Shown here: positions 9,250 to 17,439 of the stretch, one piece after another
How the letters are laid out: each line of letters opens with the position of its first letter
How positions within the stretch are numbered: the stretch's first letter is position 1
Origin: a bacterium
GTDB lineage: Bacteria; Patescibacteriota; Minisyncoccia; UBA6257; 2-01-FULL-56-20
Assembly: GCA_021827685.1 (NCBI GenBank)
Contig: JAKAUM010000003.1
Coordinates: forward strand, 1-56,223
Direction of reading: 5' to 3'
Length of the DNA: 56,223 nt
Made by a program: the position numbers and the translations under genes
The notes under the pieces: generated by a model
Databases searched by the model: none
What the model saw: the letters and a program-made list of their open reading frames with translations, nothing else
What the model was told of the DNA's origin: nothing

Positions 9250-9824
9250 GCGCGAATAAACGGATTGTCCATGTCAAAAACAATCATCGGCAGGGAATTC
9301 ACCTCGTTAGGGTGGATTCCATATCTCATCTTATATAGCTTGCCGACGGCTCCGAATACGGCCTTGCCATAATCGAAGCCGATTTTCTCGGCCGCTCTTT
9401 TTACCGCCTGTTCGGAGGGCCCTTCCACTTCAACGAACGGCTCGAGGAACGGCCATTCGTCAATGGTTATCTCGACATCGTCCAGTATCCAAAGCTCCCG
9501 CTTTGTTTCCTGGTAGGATTTCCGCTCGCAGCCGATTGCCTCAAGCAGTTTCACAGCATCATCAAAGTCGCTCACCTCGAGCCGGATCTCTTTTTGGTCC
9601 TCTATCTTATCGCCATCGTTCATTTTTAGGCTCATAGTGACCTTATCGCCCTCGTCGCGCACGCGGAGCCATTTATATTTAGAGCGCCCGCCACCCGGCA
9701 AATCAAAAGGGATGCGACGTTGGAGATGCTCCGGCCGTACGAGCATCGCTCCCGCCCTGGCGAAGCGCCGCCGCACCTCACCTTTTTCGATATTGAGAAA
9801 TTTTGCTTCGTATTCAATGTCCAT
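9246..9824 (-). CDS. CYTH domain protein (class IV adenylate cyclase-like)
   Basis: N-terminal EYEAK (ExExK), WLRVR, KRELW, FVEVEG. Confidence 0.9.
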   Translation of the reverse strand: MDIEYEAKFLNIEKGEVRRRFARAGAMLVRPEHLQRRIPFDLPGGGRSKYKWLRVRDEGDKVTMSLKMNDGDKIEDQKEIRLEVSDFDDAVKLLEAIGCERKSYQETKRELWILDDVEITIDEWPFLEPFVEVEGPSEQAVKRAAEKIGFDYGKAVFGAVGKLYKMRYGIHPNEVNSLPMIVFDMDNPFIRA

Positions 9825-9829
9825 CGAGT

Positions 9830-10189
9830 CTACAAGCGATTTTTTATCCAAAGATCCAAGCCGTCATCTGGGTAGCGGGGGACAATGTGAAAATGGAAAT
9901 GAGGAACCGATTGCTGGGCGTCCTTGCCGCTCGCATGGAGGAGGTTTATGCCGGTCGCATGTTTTTCTGCGGCCAGCTCTCTTGAGAGCGACTTTGCGTC
10001 TACGGCCAGCTGCTCAAGGTCAGATTTGCCGATGTCGAAAATATTCTCAAAGTGCTCCTTCGGGATAAGGAGAGCGTGACCCTTGGCGACGGGTTCGAGC
10101 GGAACGATGCCGAGGCTGGATGCGGATTCGAATATTATCGTTGCGGGTGCTTCACGGCAAACAATTTTGCAAAATGCGCAATCAACCAT
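9830..10189 (-). CDS. HIT family nucleotide hydrolase
   Basis: CAFCKI N-terminus, GHALLIPK, histidine triad HFHFH. Confidence 0.95.
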   Translation of the reverse strand: MVDCAFCKIVCREAPATIIFESASSLGIVPLEPVAKGHALLIPKEHFENIFDIGKSDLEQLAVDAKSLSRELAAEKHATGINLLHASGKDAQQSVPHFHFHIVPRYPDDGLDLWIKNRL

Positions 10190-10338
10190 AGCTATATTCT
10201 AGCAGGTCGGAACCTCTTCCTCTCACCGGAATGGTTTGCCAAGAAAAACTCTGATTTTCCGGCATTATTTTGGCCTTATTAATGGCTTGGCTCGCGAGGG
10301 GCAGGTTAAAAACTTCTAAATTCTGTATAATATATTTA

Positions 10339-10626
10339 ATGGGAAAAAAGATGGCGACCTGGGTTTTCGTCGGGGCTGTCGTTCTCGCGGTTGCGGCATG
10401 GTACGTCGTTTCGAGGCCGGCGGCTATTCCTCGTACGAAAACAAGCGCCTCCGCGCCGGAAACGAGTTCCACGGTTTCCGCCGCGAGCACTACGAATGCG
10501 ATTCTCCAAAGCGCCACGCAAGGGACGATACCTTCGCTGGGGAATGTCATAAATTCAGCGGGGAGCAGCTCTAACCCCATGAGTAAAACGAATCCCTTCG
10601 AGTCGCTTAAGACAAATCCTTTCTAA
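10339..10626 (+). CDS. Small membrane-anchored Ser/Thr-rich protein
   Basis: TATAAT 7 nt before ATG 10339; TM helix; C-terminal TNPF...TNPF. Confidence 0.75.
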   Translation: MGKKMATWVFVGAVVLAVAAWYVVSRPAAIPRTKTSASAPETSSTVSAASTTNAILQSATQGTIPSLGNVINSAGSSSNPMSKTNPFESLKTNPF

Positions 10627-10634
10627 CGAGTGAT

Positions 10635-12188
10635 ATGAAAACGAAATACATGGGCGCGATCGTCATGCTGGCGGGAATATTCGCCGGTGGCATCGTGTTC
10701 GCTCAAACTGCCGCGCCCGCCAACGCGGGCGGGCCGAACATCCAGTATCCTGTCGCCGCGCTTGGAAATTGCGGAAGCAAGGATGCGTGCAGGACATACT
10801 GCAACGACCCTTCTCACGTTAACGCATGCCTGACCTTCGCGGAAGAAAATAATTTGATGTCGCCGGACGAGGTGGCTGCGGCGAGAAAATTCATTGCGGC
10901 CGGATCCGTAGGCCCCGGCGGCTGCACGTCGCCCGAGGCCTGCAAGGCATACTGCAATGACATAAGCCACATTAACGAATGCGTTTCCTTTGCCGAGAAG
11001 ACGGGCATTCTGCCGCCGGACCAGCTTGCGGAAGCAAAAAAGGTGCAAGCGGCGATTGCGAGGGGAATCCAGCCGCCGCCCTGCGGCGGGGAAGACGCCT
11101 GCAAGATATATTGTTCGGAACCGAGCCATATGGAGGCCTGCATTACGTTCGCGGAGGCCGCCGGCATGATGACGCCCCAGGACTCGCAAAATGCCGATAA
11201 GATGCTGGCCGCGATTAAAAAAGGAGTATACCCGCCGCCGTGCAATGGTCCGGACGCTTGCAATGCGTACTGTGCCGAAGCGGACCACGTCAATCAATGC
11301 ACCGCCTTTGCCGTCGCGGCGGGAATGATGACGCCGCAAGAAGCCGAGATGGCCCAGAAGACCGGCGGCAAGGGTCCCGGCGGTTGTATCGGGAGGGAAC
11401 AGTGCAACGCTTTCTGCAACAATCCCGATAATCAGCAAGCTTGCTTCAATTTCGCCAAGGACAACGGCTTGATTCCGGCCGCTGACCTACAGCAGATGGA
11501 ACAAGCGCAAAAGATGAACGAGCAGGCGATCGAGAATGCGCCGAAAGCCGTCATAAATTGTCTAAGTGCCGCCCTCGGGAGCAGCGTGCTTCAGCAAATT
11601 AAGGACGGTCAGATAATGCCGTCGCAAAGCATCGGCGCCGCGATGAGGCAATGTTTCTCGGAAAACCATCCGCAAGGGGGGCCGACGCCCCCTTCGGGTA
11701 CTATGCCCGGTCAGCGGTTTACTTCAGGCACTATTCCGAATATGCCGCCGGGGGGCGGAGAATTTCCGCAGAGCCGCGGGTATGGGCCTGCGAGCGGAAC
11801 GTTCCAGAATATGCCGCCGTATCCGCAGGGGCAGATTCCTGCCGGAGGGCCGCAGTGCGAGCCTGGCGCTCCTTGCAATCAAGGTTCAATGCCGCCGTGC
11901 CCGTCAGGCCAAAACTGCGGCAACTTTCAAGGAAACGGCTTTACTACGGGAACCGGCCCTATGCCGTTCCCGCCGAACGGCATGCTGAGTCCATCGGGAA
12001 GCCAGCAGCAGCCGCCGCAGGGTTCTTATCCTTACAACGGCCAAATGCCGCCAATCCAGAGCGGCACGCCATCGTTCCCGCCGCCGGCAACTTCTTCCCC
12101 GTCTTCCTTCCGGGGCGGCCCCGAGCAGGCGAATATCCTGAGCGTTTTCGGTTCTTTTATAAAAAACTTAATATCGTCCGGTCACTGA
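10635..12188 (+). CDS. Secreted Cys-rich repeat protein with Pro/Gly/Gln-rich tail
   Basis: Signal peptide; five repeats of C-x5-C-x3-C-x4-(H/N)-x3-C-xxFA. Confidence 0.85.
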   Translation: MKTKYMGAIVMLAGIFAGGIVFAQTAAPANAGGPNIQYPVAALGNCGSKDACRTYCNDPSHVNACLTFAEENNLMSPDEVAAARKFIAAGSVGPGGCTSPEACKAYCNDISHINECVSFAEKTGILPPDQLAEAKKVQAAIARGIQPPPCGGEDACKIYCSEPSHMEACITFAEAAGMMTPQDSQNADKMLAAIKKGVYPPPCNGPDACNAYCAEADHVNQCTAFAVAAGMMTPQEAEMAQKTGGKGPGGCIGREQCNAFCNNPDNQQACFNFAKDNGLIPAADLQQMEQAQKMNEQAIENAPKAVINCLSAALGSSVLQQIKDGQIMPSQSIGAAMRQCFSENHPQGGPTPPSGTMPGQRFTSGTIPNMPPGGGEFPQSRGYGPASGTFQNMPPYPQGQIPAGGPQCEPGAPCNQGSMPPCPSGQNCGNFQGNGFTTGTGPMPFPPNGMLSPSGSQQQPPQGSYPYNGQMPPIQSGTPSFPPPATSSPSSFRGGPEQANILSVFGSFIKNLISSGH

Positions 12189-12233
12189 GATCGGACGGCG
12201 CCCATGGGAGTTGATTGACTTGTCCGCGCCTGC

Positions 12234-12860
12234 TTACCTGAGCGGCTGGGTATGTATGCCGCACTCGCCGCATGCGTTGGGCGTTCCTTTCCAGCGCCCC
12301 GCGCGCTCCGTTTCGTCCTCGCTCTCTTCCGGGAATGAGCAGAGCTTACAGCCGAGGCTCCTGTAGCCTCTCTGATATATCGGATTGATCGGGATCTCGT
12401 TAAGCGCCAGATACCGCCAGATATCGAGCTCGGTGAATTCAAGGATCGGATTGACTTTTACCAGCCCGTTTTTTTCTTCGACCGGCTCGAAGTCGGCGCG
12501 CGTGATCCCCTCCGTTTTCCGTACGCCGGAAATCCATGCGCCGTAGTTCTTGAGAGCCTCTTTCGTTTTCTCGACCTTCGGCCGCCCGCAGCACTTTTCT
12601 CCTTCTTGCTGGGAGAAAATGTATTCGGTGTAGTTCAAGCCGTATCGCGCCGCCATATCCTTCGCGAACGCATATGTTTCGGGAAATTCGGTGTCCGCCA
12701 TGATGGAAAATACGGGGATATCCGGCTTTACGGACAATACGAGATGCAGGGTGACCATCGAATCCTTGCCGAAAGAACAGCCGAGACAGATATTCGGATA
12801 TTTGGCGGCCGATTCGCGGATCAAGCGTTTTGCGTCCTCTACTTTTTTCAGATAGTTCAT
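12234..12860 (-). CDS. cysH: APS/PAPS reductase family protein
   Basis: SFGKDS, DTEFPETY, CC...K, SGVRK, GYRSLGCKLC, ERAGRW, terminal ECGIH. Confidence 0.9.
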   Translation of the reverse strand: MNYLKKVEDAKRLIRESAAKYPNICLGCSFGKDSMVTLHLVLSVKPDIPVFSIMADTEFPETYAFAKDMAARYGLNYTEYIFSQQEGEKCCGRPKVEKTKEALKNYGAWISGVRKTEGITRADFEPVEEKNGLVKVNPILEFTELDIWRYLALNEIPINPIYQRGYRSLGCKLCSFPEESEDETERAGRWKGTPNACGECGIHTQPLR

Positions 12861-13003
12861 TTTTTTATTTAAAACTTGCATATAAGTATCAGCTGGCGCC
12901 GGTGCGTCGTCAAGGGGAATTTGGGGATATTTACGTGCGGACCGATGCCCTCTGCGGCGCGACCGGCATCGCGCGGGCATCTTCCCGGGAGCGCCAGCCG
13001 CGT

Positions 13004-13459
13004 CTACGCGTGTTTACCTGCAAAATGTACGTGGAAAAAACGGTCGAGGCCGAGATAGCTTCCTGCGTCGGCGGCGATAAGGACGAGAAGCGCGGCCGCG
13101 GCGAAGACGGCATCGCTTGCGAACGCCGTGAATGCGAACGGGTGGAGGAATGCGCCCGGCGCGTAGCTTATGAGCGCGAGGGCGATTCCGACGAACGAGG
13201 CAAGGCGCGTTGCGAGGCCGGCGATAAGGCAGGCGCCGACGGCGAGAAAAGCCCAGCCGAGGAGCGGGTGGAGGGGCGTTCCGGCGAAAGCGCCGGCGGC
13301 CCATGCATAAAGCCCCGCGAGGGAGCGCGCGCCCAATTCGCGGGCGAGATCCGGCCTGAATACGGCGCTCCAGCCGATATAAAAGAAGTCCAGGCCGAGG
13401 ATGAGGCGTAGGATGAGTACGGCGAGCCGGACGGAATGAGGAAGCCGCTGACCGTTCAT
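13004..13459 (-). CDS. DoxX family membrane protein
   Basis: LRLILGLDFFYIGW, GACLIAGLATRLA, GSYLGLD. Confidence 0.8.
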   Translation of the reverse strand: MNGQRLPHSVRLAVLILRLILGLDFFYIGWSAVFRPDLARELGARSLAGLYAWAAGAFAGTPLHPLLGWAFLAVGACLIAGLATRLASFVGIALALISYAPGAFLHPFAFTAFASDAVFAAAALLVLIAADAGSYLGLDRFFHVHFAGKHA

Positions 13460-13476
13460 GTTGCTATAATTATATA

Positions 13477-14019
13477 ATGGAGAATCATAAAAGGCATTCG
13501 CTCGGGCGGCGCGCCTTCTTTTTATTTTTCTCGAGGCGCATCAAGTGGCCCGTATTCATGCTGGCGGCCGCATCGGCGGCATGGCACGGATCGAGGGCGG
13601 GCTGGTTCGGGGCTACGGGATCCTCGGCGGGTGCGGGAGGAGGGATCGTCGTGGCGGAAGCGCTCGCCGCCGCCGGCCTCGCCTGGCTCCTTTTCGCGGC
13701 GCTTGCAACCTACGCCGCCTACCGCGTCCATAGATATTTTTTTACGGAAGAGGCGTTCATGATGACGAGCGGCATTGCGACGAGGAACGAGGTTGCGGCG
13801 CTTTACCACCAGATTCAGAACGTGAATATCACCCGCTCGCCCGCGGACAGGATATGGGGAGTGAGTCAGATCGTGATTTTCATGACGGGCTCCGACCGCG
13901 AGGCGGGGCATACCAGGATAGTCCTCCCTGCGCTTTCGAAATCCAAGGCGAAGCTGGTTCAGGGGGAACTGCTTTCCCGCGCGCGGCGGCATGTGGCGCG
14001 ACCGCAGGCAGAAGCGTAA
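13477..14019 (+). CDS. Membrane protein with bacterial PH domain (bPH_2)
   Basis: Two TM helices, then SGIATR...YHQIQNVNITRS..DRIWG. Confidence 0.8.
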   Translation: MENHKRHSLGRRAFFLFFSRRIKWPVFMLAAASAAWHGSRAGWFGATGSSAGAGGGIVVAEALAAAGLAWLLFAALATYAAYRVHRYFFTEEAFMMTSGIATRNEVAALYHQIQNVNITRSPADRIWGVSQIVIFMTGSDREAGHTRIVLPALSKSKAKLVQGELLSRARRHVARPQAEA

Positions 14020-14077
14020 CCGGAGCCGGCACGGCGCCCCGCTTGCGCCAAACGGATGCGGACGATACTATGAAAAT

Positions 14078-14452
14078 ATGAAACGCGCGAAGGAGAAACC
14101 GCATCACGCGGAAGCGGAAGAAGACGGACCGCCCGCCACTCCTCCGGAGGTATGGGCATCGTCCATGGAGGATGCCGAAAGAGGAGGTCCCAAGCCGAAT
14201 CCGAAACCCTACCGCTTCGGCGACCGCGCAGATTTTAAAGATAAGTCAAGAAGCCTGAGCCTATGTCCGGTATGCGGTTGGGGGACTTTCTCGCGCGATA
14301 TGAAATGGGTCGATGGGCACGCGATAGGGCTTTTTATCTGCAAAAGGGAAAAGGACGGCAAGGGGAAGGGGCACCGATGGATTTTCGATTATAAGGCAGG
14401 CATAGTGGAGCGGCCCGACGAGGCGCAATACAGGATGATATTTCCAGAATGA
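14078..14452 (+). CDS. Hypothetical protein, possible Zn-ribbon
   Basis: CPVCG and later C-x9-H; stop overlaps the folA start (ATGA). Confidence 0.6.
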   Translation: MKRAKEKPHHAEAEEDGPPATPPEVWASSMEDAERGGPKPNPKPYRFGDRADFKDKSRSLSLCPVCGWGTFSRDMKWVDGHAIGLFICKREKDGKGKGHRWIFDYKAGIVERPDEAQYRMIFPE

Positions 14453-14964
14453 ACATCGCGATCATCGCGGCGATGGATGAGGGCCGCGCGATTGGCGCCG
14501 GCGGGAAAATCCCCTGGCATCTTCCGGCCGACCTGCGGCGTTTCAAAGAGCTTACCACGGGGCATCCCGTCATCATGGGGCGGAGGACTTTTGAGTCGAT
14601 TGGCGCGAAACCTCTTCCGGGCCGGACGAATATCGTAATCACGCGCGACCCGGCGTACGCGGCGCCGGAGGGATGCCGCGTCGCGAATTCGTTCCATGAC
14701 GCCCTTCGCGCGGCGGAAGGCGGCGCGATGGGGGAGGCCGGCGACATATTCGTCATAGGCGGCGAGGAGATTTACCGGCTCGCCCTTCCTTATGCAAAAA
14801 AAATCTATCTCACGCGGGTGCGCGGCGCCTTCGGCGGCGACGCGCATTTCCCGGAATTCGAAGACGGTCCCGGGGGCGGATGGCGGCTCGTGAGCTCCTC
14901 GCCGCATGAGAAGGACGAAAAGAATCAAGCGGACTACGAATTTCTCGAGTACGAGAAGAAATAG
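14449..14964 (+). CDS. folA: Dihydrofolate reductase
   Basis: IPWHLPADLRRFK, MGRRTFESI, PLPGRTNIV, VIGGEEIY. Confidence 0.97.
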   Translation: MNIAIIAAMDEGRAIGAGGKIPWHLPADLRRFKELTTGHPVIMGRRTFESIGAKPLPGRTNIVITRDPAYAAPEGCRVANSFHDALRAAEGGAMGEAGDIFVIGGEEIYRLALPYAKKIYLTRVRGAFGGDAHFPEFEDGPGGGWRLVSSSPHEKDEKNQADYEFLEYEKK

Positions 14965-14968
14965 CGCT

Positions 14969-15985
14969 TCAAGCCCCCTGCTGCCGCCCCTCCTCTTTTT
15001 TCTCGCGGACGAATTTTTTCCATGAATCGGTCACGATGCCGCCGACGACGGCGAGCTCCGCTTTGATCGGCGGGTGAGGATCGTAATTCTCCAATTTCAC
15101 GAGCTCCGGCGCGAAATCGTCTATGGTTTTCAAGGCGGGATCCAGCGTCACAGCGGGGAGCGGGCGCGGTGTGCGGGAGAGCTGTTCTTTCATTGCGCCG
15201 ATATGGTTCTCGTAAACGTGGACGTCGCCGAAGGTATGCACGAATTCGCCGGGTTCGTTGCCGGTCGCGCGGGCGAGGACCATCGTGAGGAGCGCGTAGC
15301 TTGCGATGTTGAAGGGCACGCCGAGGAAGATATCCGCCGAGCGCTGATAGAGCTGGAGCGAAAGACGGCCGTTTTTAACGTTCGCTTGGTACATATTGTG
15401 GCAAATGGGGAACCGCGCGGCCTCGTCGGGCAGAGCCATCTCATAGAGGTACTCCGGGTTCCATGAAGTGACGAGCGCATTATGCGCGTCGGGATCTTTA
15501 ATCAGGTCGTTTACGATCCATCGAACCTGGTCGATCGCACGGCCGTCTTTCGCGGGCCAGCGGCGCCAGAATTCGCCGTAAATGTGCCGGAGCTCGCCGT
15601 GTTCTTTCGCGAATTCCGCGTCCGCCGCGATCTTCGCGACAAACTGCTCTTTCGTCATTTCCGGCGCTGCGCCCTTATCTATCTTCTCGCGGTAAATGCG
15701 GTAGGGGTAGTCGTCCCAGATATGGACGCCGCGATCCACGAGATATTTGATGTTGGATTGCCCGGAGAGGAACCACGCGAGTTCGCAGACGATTCCTTTC
15801 CAATAGACCTTCTTCGTCGTGAGGAGCGGGAATCCGCCCGTAAGGTCGAACCGGATTTGGCGGCCGAATAGGCTATACGTACGGTCTCCGGTCCCCTTGT
15901 CCTCCTGTTTTACCCCGTGCTCGAGGATCTCGCGGGCGAGGTCGAGATACTGGTATTCGGGATGCCTGCGGGCGGGTTCGGGCAC
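14969..15985 (-). CDS. thyA: Thymidylate synthase ThyA
   Basis: FPLLTTKK, catalytic PICH, QRSADIFLGVPFNIASY, GDVHVYENH. Confidence 0.97.
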   Translation of the reverse strand: MPEPARRHPEYQYLDLAREILEHGVKQEDKGTGDRTYSLFGRQIRFDLTGGFPLLTTKKVYWKGIVCELAWFLSGQSNIKYLVDRGVHIWDDYPYRIYREKIDKGAAPEMTKEQFVAKIAADAEFAKEHGELRHIYGEFWRRWPAKDGRAIDQVRWIVNDLIKDPDAHNALVTSWNPEYLYEMALPDEAARFPICHNMYQANVKNGRLSLQLYQRSADIFLGVPFNIASYALLTMVLARATGNEPGEFVHTFGDVHVYENHIGAMKEQLSRTPRPLPAVTLDPALKTIDDFAPELVKLENYDPHPPIKAELAVVGGIVTDSWKKFVREKKEEGRQQGA

Positions 15986-15989
15986 TGGT

Positions 15990-16652
15990 TTATTGCACGG
16001 TAAATGTTTTTTCCGTGCCGTAATAGTCGCGCCAGTGGGCGTTATAAAAATCGAACATGCGCGCGAGGCGGTTCTGCGGGAGCTCTTCGATGCCGAGTTC
16101 GGCCATAAGCGCGCGCAGTTCGGCTTTCGCCGCTTCCGCGCGAGATCCGTCGGATTCTATTTTCTCGAATTCGGCGAGGTAGCCGTAGCCGGCATTCCTG
16201 TCAATCGTAACATTGGTTCCCTTGAACCTGAATTCCTTGCGCTCGCGCGACCATTTTGCCTGGCAGGAAAAGCCCGCCTTTTCGATTTCCCCGTCCAATT
16301 TCTCTATCGGCATTTCCGATTCTGCTTCGAGTTCGCGCCGTGCCGTGCCGTTCGCGCTCGTCGTGTCGTCGATTGCCGCCTTGAGGACGAGAAGCACCCT
16401 GCCGTCCGCATCGCGCGTCCGGAGCGAGGCGTTTCCGGCTTTTCCGGCAAGGTCGAGGAACGCCGCGCGCGTCTCGGCGTCTTTTATAAGCGGCGCGAGC
16501 GCCGCGAGGTCGCCCTTGCCTTCGAAATAATGGTTCAGCTGGCGGTGCGCGCCGAGCGTTTCGAGCTGCGGATCGAGCTCGCGCATCCGCGCCTCAAGGC
16601 GCTCCGCGCTTTCGGGGCCGCCGAGCAGAGATTTGATTTCAATTTCATACAT
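15990..16652 (-). CDS. CYTH (triphosphate tunnel metalloenzyme) domain protein
   Basis: YEIEIK (ExExK), SLRTR, LVLK, RRELE, SRERKEF, LAEFE. Confidence 0.85.
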   Translation of the reverse strand: MYEIEIKSLLGGPESAERLEARMRELDPQLETLGAHRQLNHYFEGKGDLAALAPLIKDAETRAAFLDLAGKAGNASLRTRDADGRVLLVLKAAIDDTTSANGTARRELEAESEMPIEKLDGEIEKAGFSCQAKWSRERKEFRFKGTNVTIDRNAGYGYLAEFEKIESDGSRAEAAKAELRALMAELGIEELPQNRLARMFDFYNAHWRDYYGTEKTFTVQ

Positions 16653-17244
16653 GGTCTTTTCCCCGCGGCCCGCGCGCGATTTCCTCGGACAGTTTGGAGG
16701 CGAGAGGATTTTCCTGGCCGGCGTATTTATTATCCTTTTTCAGATGGTACGGAGTTTCCACCCTGCTTGAAACTTCTTCGAACGTGAAGGCGCAGACGCG
16801 CATGCCGGGATAGAGGAGCACGGGTACGACCCCCAGGTTGCCGAGCTCCATGACCGGCTTGCCGCGCCAGCCGGGATCAAAGACGGACGCGGTGCCGTGG
16901 ACGATGATGCCGAGACGGCCGAGGGAGCTTCTCCCTTCGATGCGGCCGACGAGGTCGTCCGCGATTTCGAGCCATTCGAGCGTCGTCGCGAGCACAAGGT
17001 CGCGCGGCTGGAGGACGAGGGGGTCGTCTTCCGTGATCGTAATGCATTCCATCATTTTCTCCGCGTTCTGCGGGTCGCGGAGGTCGATATGGGAAACCTT
17101 CGAATGGCGGAATATCTTTACTTCGCTTCCCATCCGGAGGTCGAGCGAGCAGGAGCCGAGCTGGGTTGCGAAGTCGGGCGCGGGATCGAGTTTTATGCGG
17201 CCCTCGGCGATGGCTTTCTTGATGTCCCGGTCAGAGAGAATCAT
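16645..17244 (-). CDS. dcd: dCTP deaminase
   Basis: MILSDRDI, SLDLR, GRSSLGRLG, DPGWRG..VMEL, KYAGQ. Start at ATG 17244. Confidence 0.95.
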   Translation of the reverse strand: MILSDRDIKKAIAEGRIKLDPAPDFATQLGSCSLDLRMGSEVKIFRHSKVSHIDLRDPQNAEKMMECITITEDDPLVLQPRDLVLATTLEWLEIADDLVGRIEGRSSLGRLGIIVHGTASVFDPGWRGKPVMELGNLGVVPVLLYPGMRVCAFTFEEVSSRVETPYHLKKDNKYAGQENPLASKLSEEIARGPRGKDHV

Positions 17245-17439
17245 AGTAGAAGAATTGTATCGTGGTCGGCGCGCATGGACAATCCGCGCTGTGGACAGGC
17301 GTGGGTATTGCCGGTGGACGGGGTGTGGATTCCGCAAGGATTTTCTGTCCCCTCCGCCAGCGGCCCGTCTTCCCCGCGCGCGGGTTGTCCGCGTCGCGCG
17401 GGGATTTTCGGGGCGTGGTATGATGTGTCGCATAAAGCG

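Noticed and set aside
4108-10200. Integron cassette array
   Set aside because: No IntI and no recurring RYYYAAC...GTTRRRY attC sites; genes lie in both orientations with their own promoters.
10635-12188. Multiheme cytochrome
   Set aside because: Cys/His spacing is not CxxCH.
17245-17439. Replication origin
   Set aside because: The boxes are weak, there is no AT-rich unwinding element, and dnaA/dnaN are not adjacent.
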